Shown piece after piece: positions 9,374-17,250 of a stretch of 64,000 nucleotides of DNA. Positions within the stretch are counted from its first letter, which is position 1; the number at the start of each line of letters is the position of its first letter. The notes under the pieces are model-generated. The model had not been told where the DNA came from. It worked only from the letters and a program-made list of their open reading frames with translations, and did not search any database. The DNA comes from Nitrospirota bacterium (GTDB lineage Bacteria; Nitrospirota; Thermodesulfovibrionia; SZUA-242), in assembly GCA_016212095.1 (NCBI GenBank), contig JACRHH010000018.1:3126-67125 (forward strand), written 5' to 3'. A program made the translations under genes and the position numbers.

Positions 9374-10564
9374 TTACTGCATCCAATCGTCACCAGGCAT
9401 GATTCGATGCATAAACTCATCGAACATAGGGACTGTGAATATTGTATCGCCATGATGGGGACTCCAAACCATGCCTTTGGAGATTAACTGGCTTCTGGTC
9501 GGACCGAGAGAAGTTACTTCACGTCCCAGCTTTTCAGCAATGCCTCCTGACCGATGCGGTCCGGGGCCAAGTTCAGCCATCGCACGGAGGTATATTTTCT
9601 CTGAGGGGGTGAGTCTATCAAACCTTACACGAAAGAAACTTTCATCGAGTGCGGCTATGGCGGAGGCTGACGCGTTTTTAACGTCCTCTTCTGTGATTGG
9701 CGACGCTTCCGCTGCATCCCACGAATGCTTGCCCCATTCCTGCACAAAATAAGGGTAGCCGCGCGTCTCTTTCACAATGAGGTCTAATGCTTCAGGGGTC
9801 ACTTCGACACCCTGATCTTTCGCCGGTTTCGCAATGGCCAGTTTTGTCGATTCCGGAGTAAGCGGCCCGATATCGGGAAAGTCGAACAGCCGTTCCGCAT
9901 AAGATTTCGCTCGACCCATCCGGCCCCTCAATTGCGGTAATCCAGCACCCACGAGAACGACAGGAAGACGGCGCTGGGCGGTACGATGCAGTGAGGTGAT
10001 GAGGGCCGCGAGCTCTTCCTCCCTTACATACTGTAACTCATCAGCAAAGATCACCAAGGCCGTGCCTGCTGCTTGCGCAGCTGCTCCGGCAGCCTCCAGC
10101 AACGCCTGCAGATCATGCTCCAGATCACCGTTGTCTGCCAGTCCAGGCTCAGGATCAAAGTCAAATCCCACCTCGATGTCTTCATATTTCACTTTGAGTG
10201 ACTTGGCGAATCCCGCCAGTGCCCTGAGCGCCCTCTGGGCAAGACTCTTGGCTTTCTCATTCCGTGAAAGCCTGAGCAGTGCCTGGCGTAACTGGGGAGA
10301 TAGGAGTGCCGGTAATGAACGATTTTCAGGAGCCTCTACCCGCAATGTCTGAATGCCGGTTCCTTCCGCATCATCTCTCATTCGATCCAGCAATACTGTT
10401 TTACCTACGCCTCGAAGTCCTACCATCAGGATACTCTTTGTGGGCAGACCTCGCCGCACGCGTTCGATGGCCACGCGGACAGTTTCCCGCACATCATCCC
10501 GGCCGGCGAGTTCTGGCGGCGGCGTACCCGCACCAGGAGCAAAAGGGTTTGTTATGGGATCCAT
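9374..10564 (-). CDS. AAA+ ATPase (ORC1/Cdc6-like)
   Basis: Walker A GLRGVGKT, Walker B VIFADELQ, 396 aa. Confidence 0.65.
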   Translation of the reverse strand: MDPITNPFAPGAGTPPPELAGRDDVRETVRVAIERVRRGLPTKSILMVGLRGVGKTVLLDRMRDDAEGTGIQTLRVEAPENRSLPALLSPQLRQALLRLSRNEKAKSLAQRALRALAGFAKSLKVKYEDIEVGFDFDPEPGLADNGDLEHDLQALLEAAGAAAQAAGTALVIFADELQYVREEELAALITSLHRTAQRRLPVVLVGAGLPQLRGRMGRAKSYAERLFDFPDIGPLTPESTKLAIAKPAKDQGVEVTPEALDLIVKETRGYPYFVQEWGKHSWDAAEASPITEEDVKNASASAIAALDESFFRVRFDRLTPSEKIYLRAMAELGPGPHRSGGIAEKLGREVTSLGPTRSQLISKGMVWSPHHGDTIFTVPMFDEFMHRIMPGDDWMQ

Positions 10565-10707
10565 CGAAGAATTATACCAAAATTAGCAAGTTTATAAAAC
10601 AAACATAAACCTGATAAATTTACTCAAATTAAACCCGCCTGATTTTGTTCAATAAAATGATACCCTAAAAACCTTCATCACCTCATCCCCCCCAATGAGT
10701 TATTTAC

Positions 10708-10842
10708 TCATCGGTAGAACCGCATTCCCGGACTGGCCGGGTTCAGTTGCAGATAGAAGGCGGTGGTCTTTGCGGCCTTCTGCTCGTCGCCGGTCAGTTT
10801 GACGAGGCTGTCGGTGAAGGTGTCGGAGATGCGGAAGTTCAT
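10708..10842 (-). pseudogene. Truncated paralog fragment of the 9058-9336 gene (first 44 codons then stop)
   Basis: About 130 bp nearly identical to 9199-9336 starting exactly at the ATG; followed by a relic resembling the 3' end of the methyltransferase gene. Confidence 0.45.
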
Positions 10843-10861
10843 GTGACAGCCAAGCAGCAAG

Positions 10862-11698
10862 TTACTCAGCCAATACTGGCTGTTGTGGATCGGCACCGAG
10901 GCTGATGTGATCCAGACGCCACTTCTTCAACGCCTTCGATTGGCGATAACTCATGGCTTCCTCGGAAATTACATCAACGTATCGAAGTTCTATTCCCTGC
11001 CAGTTGCCTGTTTCAGCGTTAAACAGCCTTGCCCTGAAAGCTTGTTCGATTTCAGCTTGCGCTTGATTGGCGGCGGCTTCCGCAGCATAAAAATCAGGCT
11101 CGGTCGTATGAAGGAGCGTTACGTCAAGCACATAAACATCATCAAGTCCTTCGTGGCATATCTCTTGCCCCTCGTCAACATCGAAAAATACAGCGGTAAT
11201 CATTTTGCCATGCGGTTTTACGGCTTTGGCAATCTTGTCTGATAACTTTGCGGCACTCAAGCGACGCTCAAATTCGTTCGGGAATGCAGATCGACGGTAT
11301 CGTGATGCCAGCCAAAGTTGAAAAGTAACAAGTTCCGAAGGAGAAAGCCGGGAATCATTATCTGGTGTAAAGTCTATGAGCGACTCTTTGAGAATGCTGC
11401 GTTTTTCTGCGGAAACAAATTCAGCCAGCAACGGCTTGTTGCCTTCGAACTCCAAATGGAGCGTCCGTGGCGATTTCGCATGTGTATTCAGGCCATTAAG
11501 TTTCTGAATCCGATACCCAACAATTACCTCTACATGTGGTTCCCTATCTGGGAGTTGGGTTAAATCGCAGTGATGAGTTGCAACGATAACCACCGTATCG
11601 CCGGGATGTGTCGGATGTATCAGACCAAGTGCTGCTACAGATTCACTTGCAAGCAAATGTCCTTGCCGCCATGGCGTATCCCTCGTCCATTCCGGCAT
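10862..11698 (-). CDS. Hypothetical protein, 278 aa, no recognisable motifs
   Basis: Long ORF co-directional with neighbours; visibly AT-richer than flanking genes. Confidence 0.45.
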   Translation of the reverse strand: MPEWTRDTPWRQGHLLASESVAALGLIHPTHPGDTVVIVATHHCDLTQLPDREPHVEVIVGYRIQKLNGLNTHAKSPRTLHLEFEGNKPLLAEFVSAEKRSILKESLIDFTPDNDSRLSPSELVTFQLWLASRYRRSAFPNEFERRLSAAKLSDKIAKAVKPHGKMITAVFFDVDEGQEICHEGLDDVYVLDVTLLHTTEPDFYAAEAAANQAQAEIEQAFRARLFNAETGNWQGIELRYVDVISEEAMSYRQSKALKKWRLDHISLGADPQQPVLAE

Positions 11699-11703
11699 GG
11701 CGG

Positions 11704-12378
11704 CTACTGCACCACGTCGTTTTCTGCCATCAGATCGGAATCGGCAGAGCTTTGAGACATTTTACGGTTGGCAAAACGCGCATCAAGGCGTTCTCTTTGA
11801 CTTGTCTCCTGTTCGACAATCTGGCGGAGTAACTGCGCGGCATCACGGGCCGATCCACCATCTTGAATCATCTCGAAAATATTCCTGCCATTGAATACCT
11901 TGCGTTTCAATAGAGCCCCATTAACCGGAATTCCTGCTTCGGCAAACATGTCAGCCGCAACTGCAAGTTCGCTCATCTTGGCTAAATGCTCGGGTGTGGG
12001 TTGCTCCCCCCTCAACCAGTTGTAAATTGTCTGGCGTGATACGTTAAAGGCCTTGGCGAGATCGGATATAGCAGGGGAAAGGACTTTGCGAATTTGCTCC
12101 ATGTCCTCGGCAGGTGTTCTTGCGGATACTGCCTTTACAGCGTTAGAACGTATGAAACCGGATGATAGTAACTCATTATTTCGATGAAGCTGCAACCGGC
12201 CAAGATCGTCTGCAAAAGCACCCGTTCCTTGGGCAACCAGCAATCCAGCCGTAAATAAAGCAACCTTTGACAAGCTGCATACACATGAAGAAGCGCCAGT
12301 TGAATATGGTCGATCATTAAACCATCCACCTTGCCTGGAATATCCCGCTTCCATTCTGTAATCTCCTGTTATTCCCAT
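11704..12378 (-). CDS. XRE-family helix-turn-helix protein (true start possibly the ATG at 12102, giving 133 aa)
   Basis: HTH segment LSPAISDLAKAFNVSRQTIYNWLRG; the upstream part of the ORF may be non-coding. Confidence 0.5.
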   Translation of the reverse strand: MGITGDYRMEAGYSRQGGWFNDRPYSTGASSCVCSLSKVALFTAGLLVAQGTGAFADDLGRLQLHRNNELLSSGFIRSNAVKAVSARTPAEDMEQIRKVLSPAISDLAKAFNVSRQTIYNWLRGEQPTPEHLAKMSELAVAADMFAEAGIPVNGALLKRKVFNGRNIFEMIQDGGSARDAAQLLRQIVEQETSQRERLDARFANRKMSQSSADSDLMAENDVVQ

Positions 12379-13163
12379 GAATTAAGGGCAAATTGCGTGA
12401 CTGTTGCCCGAAACGATTTCTCGATTTCAACGTGAAGCGCAACCAGTCTGGAAGCAATTGTTTCAAGGCTGAAGGCCTCGCGTTGTGCATAAAATGCATC
12501 GGAATCAATTATTGCGTGACGGCCTTCCTGCGCGGTAAATCGTGGATGTATCTGCGGTGCAAACGGAATTATTTCCTGTGGCAGTCCGACCCGGCCATCT
12601 TGAATAATTACCCGCGATACAAGTTGTCCACTTGCGTTAATAGTGACTGTTTCACTGTATGTATGTGCCAGTTTGCCGTCAAGCTTATGCGAAAGCCCTA
12701 ACACTTCTTGTGCAAGGTAGTCAGAAAACGACTCATCGGGTTTTGGCAGCACGGCATCAAAATAACGCAGCCCAACACGCTCGGTAAAATCAAGTCGCAC
12801 AACGTCATGAATAGTGCCCAATCCATCCAGCAGCGTCTTGAAAAACGTCTCGGAAGTGTCATAATCGGTTGTCTGAAGAGCCAGCGCGTTATGTTCCAGA
12901 ACAAACTCTGTGGTGCGATTAATATTTCCGAAAACGCAACGAGCCTGAGGAATGAATGACGGTTTTGGGGCCTGACTTCCGTCACTTGGCGAGCCAAATT
13001 GCAAGACGATTTTTTGAATTGTTTCCTGTTTAAAATCCGGAAAGTGTGCAGCCCTCATCCGTTCCTGAATGGTTGGCAAATACCCCTCCATTTGAAGAAC
13101 AGGATTGAACTGAACTTGTGCCACAGTAAAGTAGACCGGCGCGTTTTTCATTTTCTTGCCCAT
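12369..13163 (-). CDS. Hypothetical protein, 264 aa (tentatively TIGR04255-like)
   Basis: ATG with GGAGG ribosome-binding site; N-terminus MGKKMKNAPVYFTVAQVQFNP; family assignment is from memory only. Confidence 0.45.
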   Translation of the reverse strand: MGKKMKNAPVYFTVAQVQFNPVLQMEGYLPTIQERMRAAHFPDFKQETIQKIVLQFGSPSDGSQAPKPSFIPQARCVFGNINRTTEFVLEHNALALQTTDYDTSETFFKTLLDGLGTIHDVVRLDFTERVGLRYFDAVLPKPDESFSDYLAQEVLGLSHKLDGKLAHTYSETVTINASGQLVSRVIIQDGRVGLPQEIIPFAPQIHPRFTAQEGRHAIIDSDAFYAQREAFSLETIASRLVALHVEIEKSFRATVTQFALNSWE

Positions 13164-13182
13164 AATAGTCCTCCACTACAGC

Positions 13183-13223
13183 GGTTTACACTGAGGTTTA
13201 CACTTTACACCCAAGTTGACACT
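13183..13223. promoter_or_regulatory. Iterated direct repeats TT(T/G)ACAC upstream of the 264-aa gene
   Basis: GGTTTACACT at 13183-13192 and 13195-13204, TTTACAC 13204-13210, TTGACACT 13216-13223, just upstream of the ribosome-binding site on the minus strand. Confidence 0.3.
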
Positions 13224-13270
13224 ATTGCAAACAATGAACATCCACACCGTTGATGCGCCTCAAATTCCAG

Positions 13271-16057
13271 TTACACCCGAAACACCTTCATAACCTCATC
13301 CCCCAAATGATTAATCACCTTCACCGCAATCCGCCCGGTTTTCGGCTTTTCAAATGGTCGCGATGTGTCGCTATTCAGCGTAGCCCAGGCGTCTTCGTTG
13401 ATCTCGGCTTTGAGAGTGGTTTTCAGCGCCTTGTACGGGTCGTTTGCTCCAAGGAAGTAGGCGTGGCGGACGAAGAAGCTTTCTTCATTATAATCTGTGT
13501 CGATGAACCAGCAGGCTATTCCTTCGGCGCCGTCGCTGCGGACTTCGCCGGTGTTGGGGTGGAACACGTCCACGCCGTTGACTTTGACCCGCACTTGTCC
13601 GTCTTCGGCATCGAGAATATCAATATCCGGCTCGCCGAAGATGACGAAGAGGTTGCCCTTGCCGGTGTTCTTGAGGTCGTCTGCCATGTGTAGGTCGGCG
13701 TTCATGCGAGCCTTGAGCACGGGGATGCGGCCAAGTTTGTTGAATTCCGACGAATGGGCGTCGTAGTTGAAGGCGCAGGTGATCAGCGCGTCGAAACCGG
13801 CGTCGCCGGCCTCGCGGGCGGCGGCCACCAGATCGGGGCGGGAGACTGTGCCGAATTCGGGGCCGATGAAGATGGCGGCGCGTTTTTCACCGCCAGCATC
13901 CGCAAAGCGTCCTTCGGCGCAGATAAGATAGCCCGGCCAAGGGGTTAGCGCTGTGAAGATGACTTTATCTTCCTTGTGCGCCTGTTGAACCCCGGCTGTC
14001 TTGAGGTTTTCCAGAATCATCTGTACGAAGTTCCGCTCCGTGCCGTAGCCTTCCTTCGGTTCCGCCACGGTGTCGATCAATTCGTCGTCCACTCCCACAG
14101 CCAGAACCCGGTGCGGCAACAGGCTCTCCACGGTGAACGGCCCGGCAACGCGAACACTTTTCTTGTCGTCGTAGGGTTTATCGTAGAGATATTCAAACTC
14201 GGCCTTGGCGGCGATGGATGCGTCGATTGCCTTTTGCCGGGCGATGCGTTGCCGCCACCAGTCGGCGTGCAGCTTCTTCGCCGCCTCCGGCCATTTTTCG
14301 TCGGCCTCGCGGGGAATTTCCCACTCCTGCCAATTTTTACCGAGTGACTGGTTAAGCTGCTGGCGCAATGGCTCCAGCGTCTGTTGGAACTTTTCCCAGA
14401 TAACGTCGATTTCGGCGTTGTTGGCGATGGATTTTAGGGTGATGTGCGGCACGCGCTCATAAACAAAGCCCTGCCGGATGTCGCCACGAGTGGGCTGGGT
14501 CGACGGCAAGGTTCGGGTGATCTCGGCTTCCTTGCGTTGGCCGTCGGGCGAGTCAGCCAGCAGATAGAAAGGGTAGCGCGCTCCCATGATCCGGGCACGG
14601 GCCAGCGCCAAAGCAACGCGCGAGGTGTCGATGGTGATCCAGCGGCGGCCCCACTGTTCAGCTACATAAGCAGTAGTGCCTGAACCGCAGGTTGGGTCGA
14701 GAACCAAGTCGCCGGGGTCGGTCGCCAAAAGAATGCAGCGCGCAATGACCTTCTGGCCTGTTTGAACAACGTATGTCTTGTCCTCGGAAAATCCGGTCAT
14801 CTTTACGTCGTTCCAATAGTTTGCAATTGGAACAACTTCGAAGTCTTTCAAAAATCGTTTGTACATGAGAGATTTGCCAATTGGCCTTAAACGCCCAGTT
14901 TTCGCAAGCTGCGTCAGGCCCTTGGCATCGGTCTTAAACGTGCCCTTGCCAGGAGAAAAAGCTACACCGTTGTAGATAAAAGACGTGACGTCGGTTCCTT
15001 GTGCTGGTCGCTGGCTGGTCAAGTTGTCACAAGCAAAAACTTTCGTCTTATCTATGTTGCCGCCGTTTCCTTCTATCTCACTAGAATTAAGCCGTCGATC
15101 TACGCCATCGCCTTCATCAAACCAAGTGTATTGGGTAGTTCCCGCTTCGCCTAGGACTTTGAGTCGAAATGGTGGTCTAAATTTGAGTGCCGCACGATCT
15201 TTGGCAAACCAAAGGATGTAATCACTAATCGAAGCAAGGCCTTCTGTCGAGGTGCTGCTCGTTTTCTCGAATGAGATTTCTGACACAAAATTCTCCTCCC
15301 CAAACACCTCATCCATCACCGCCCTCACCCGATGAACATTCTCATCCCCAATCTGCACAAAGATCGACCCGGAATCCGTCAATAAATCCCGTGCCACAGT
15401 AAGACGGTCACGCAGATAAGTCAGATACGAATGAATCCCATCCCGCCAAGTATCGCGGAACGCCTTGACCTGTTCCGGCTCGCGGGTGATGTGGCCGACG
15501 TTGCCATCCTTCACGTCGCGGCTGGTGGTGCTCCACTGAAAGTTGGAGTTGAACTTGATGCCGTAGGGCGGATCAAAGTAGATGCACTGCACCTTGCCGC
15601 GCAGACCTTCGCGCTCGGCCAGCGATGCCATGACCTGGAGGCTGTCGCCAAGGATCATGCGGTTGGCCCAATGGGCGTCGTGCTGGTAAAACTCGGTCTT
15701 GGCGCTCTCGCTTGGGAGCCCGTTGAAGTCGGCGAAGAGGTCAGGCTGAACCTGCCTGCTCTTTTCCTCACGGGTTTGACGCAACAGGTCATCGATCAAC
15801 ACCTTGGGGTGAACCTTCTCCTGAATGTAGAGAGGCGGGGCATGGACTACCAGATCAGACCAATCCTTTTCGTCCTTGCCGCGCCAGACGAGCTGTGGGT
15901 CGAGGTCGCGGTTGCGGCGTTCGTAGGCAACTCGCACCGGGCTTTTGTCCGCATCGTGCATTATCGACTGATGCTCGGCGGTGGGAATGTTCTTGCGTGT
16001 CGCGTCCTCGTGGGTGAGGGTTTCGACGGTGAGTGGGGTAATTGGTCTGTTGGCCAT
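13271..16057 (-). CDS. DNA methyltransferase, beta-class (Type III Mod-like), 928 aa
   Basis: Motif IV IYFDPPYG precedes motif I DPTCGSGTT; NRMILGDSLQVMASL resembles the Mod N-terminal region; long C-terminal extension. Confidence 0.75.
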   Translation of the reverse strand: MANRPITPLTVETLTHEDATRKNIPTAEHQSIMHDADKSPVRVAYERRNRDLDPQLVWRGKDEKDWSDLVVHAPPLYIQEKVHPKVLIDDLLRQTREEKSRQVQPDLFADFNGLPSESAKTEFYQHDAHWANRMILGDSLQVMASLAEREGLRGKVQCIYFDPPYGIKFNSNFQWSTTSRDVKDGNVGHITREPEQVKAFRDTWRDGIHSYLTYLRDRLTVARDLLTDSGSIFVQIGDENVHRVRAVMDEVFGEENFVSEISFEKTSSTSTEGLASISDYILWFAKDRAALKFRPPFRLKVLGEAGTTQYTWFDEGDGVDRRLNSSEIEGNGGNIDKTKVFACDNLTSQRPAQGTDVTSFIYNGVAFSPGKGTFKTDAKGLTQLAKTGRLRPIGKSLMYKRFLKDFEVVPIANYWNDVKMTGFSEDKTYVVQTGQKVIARCILLATDPGDLVLDPTCGSGTTAYVAEQWGRRWITIDTSRVALALARARIMGARYPFYLLADSPDGQRKEAEITRTLPSTQPTRGDIRQGFVYERVPHITLKSIANNAEIDVIWEKFQQTLEPLRQQLNQSLGKNWQEWEIPREADEKWPEAAKKLHADWWRQRIARQKAIDASIAAKAEFEYLYDKPYDDKKSVRVAGPFTVESLLPHRVLAVGVDDELIDTVAEPKEGYGTERNFVQMILENLKTAGVQQAHKEDKVIFTALTPWPGYLICAEGRFADAGGEKRAAIFIGPEFGTVSRPDLVAAAREAGDAGFDALITCAFNYDAHSSEFNKLGRIPVLKARMNADLHMADDLKNTGKGNLFVIFGEPDIDILDAEDGQVRVKVNGVDVFHPNTGEVRSDGAEGIACWFIDTDYNEESFFVRHAYFLGANDPYKALKTTLKAEINEDAWATLNSDTSRPFEKPKTGRIAVKVINHLGDEVMKVFRV

Positions 16058-16058
16058 G

Positions 16059-17147
16059 CTATCGACTGCCTTCCATCATGGATTCCTTGGTCAAAATCGC
16101 ATTCAGCGCGAGGTTGATGTAGTAGTTTGTGCGCCCCTTTTTCTGCTTTTGGAGAAAGCCGCCCTGTGTCAAGGTGTCGAGATACTTGGTGGCGGTTAGC
16201 CGCGAAACTTTGAGATCACGTTCGACAAACTCGATTTTGGTGTAGGGGTGGGTAAAGAGGTTGTTGATCAAATCCTGACTGTAAAATTTGTATTGCGCAC
16301 GGATGCGGTGCTTGGCATCCATCAACGCTGCCTTGATGGCATGAATGGTTTCTATGGTATCGGTGGCGGTGGACTCTATGGCTGTGAGCATGTAAAGCGC
16401 CCACTCTTCCCAAGTGTTCTGTTCACGCACCGATTGCAGCAGGCGGTAATAGTCCGGCTTGGTGCGGACGATGTAGCGGCTGAGGTAGAGCACGGGAATG
16501 TCGAGCAGGCCTTCCTTGACCAGATAGAGGACGTTTATAATGCGCCCGGTGCGGCCATTGCCATCGTAGAACGGGTGAATGCTTTCAAACTGGTGATGGA
16601 TAAGCGCCATTTTGATGAGAGGGTCGGCTGCGAATAGCTCGCTATCGTTCATGAAGCGTTCCAGATCACGCATGAGTGCGACTATGGCTTCCGGTTCCTG
16701 CGGCGGTGTATAAACCGTCTGACCGGCGCCATTTTTTAGCGCAGTGCCTGGCAGCTTGCGGAATCCGGCGTTGTTCTGTTCCAGTTCGGCCTGTATCTGG
16801 ATGATGTGGTTGGCGGTGAGCAGTCCACTTCGGCGAACCTGTTCATACCCTACCCGCAGAGCCTGACGGTAGCGCAGCACCTCCTTGGCGGACGGGCTGG
16901 CCAGGTTTTCGGGAAAGAGATCATCCTGAAACAGCTCATCATGGGTGGTGACGATGTTCTCGATAGCGGAACTGTCCTTGGCCTCCTGCATACCAAGTGT
17001 GCTGATGAGAACGCCCTGATTGGGGATTGAAGCGGCCACCCCTTTGAGTTCGGCCAGTTTGCGGCTGGCTAATGTCAGCTTTTTGAGGATGGCTGGGGTA
17101 TCGAAGCGCTCGGTCGGCAGTTGTTCCAACGGCTGCATGGTGGTCAT
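16059..17147 (-). CDS. Fic/Doc-family protein
   Basis: Fic motif HPFYDGNGRTGR; 362 aa; sits between the res and mod genes. Confidence 0.8.
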   Translation of the reverse strand: MTTMQPLEQLPTERFDTPAILKKLTLASRKLAELKGVAASIPNQGVLISTLGMQEAKDSSAIENIVTTHDELFQDDLFPENLASPSAKEVLRYRQALRVGYEQVRRSGLLTANHIIQIQAELEQNNAGFRKLPGTALKNGAGQTVYTPPQEPEAIVALMRDLERFMNDSELFAADPLIKMALIHHQFESIHPFYDGNGRTGRIINVLYLVKEGLLDIPVLYLSRYIVRTKPDYYRLLQSVREQNTWEEWALYMLTAIESTATDTIETIHAIKAALMDAKHRIRAQYKFYSQDLINNLFTHPYTKIEFVERDLKVSRLTATKYLDTLTQGGFLQKQKKGRTNYYINLALNAILTKESMMEGSR

Positions 17148-17168
17148 TACCCCCCTCCTTCTTGAACA

Positions 17169-17202
17169 ATATGCATAGAAAAGAGACGTTTTCTATACAT
17201 AT
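17169..17202. promoter_or_regulatory. 14-bp-arm inverted repeat (operator-like) between res and fic
   Basis: ATATGCATAGAAAA-gagacg-TTTTCTATACATAT, one mismatch; lies just upstream of the fic ribosome-binding site. Confidence 0.4.
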
Positions 17203-17250
17203 TGCCTGCTTCATGTATACAACAGGGCAAAACAGTATGCATTACAGGTT

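Noticed and set aside
12102-12378. N-terminal 92 codons of the HTH ORF, including a signal-peptide-like stretch
   Set aside because: No start codon with a ribosome-binding site positions it as a separate gene; more likely untranslated leader or spacer, with translation starting at the ATG at 12102. Not reported as a separate secreted protein.
15431-16117. 228-aa plus-strand ORF within the methyltransferase gene
   Set aside because: Antisense to the frame carrying DPPY and FxGxG motifs.
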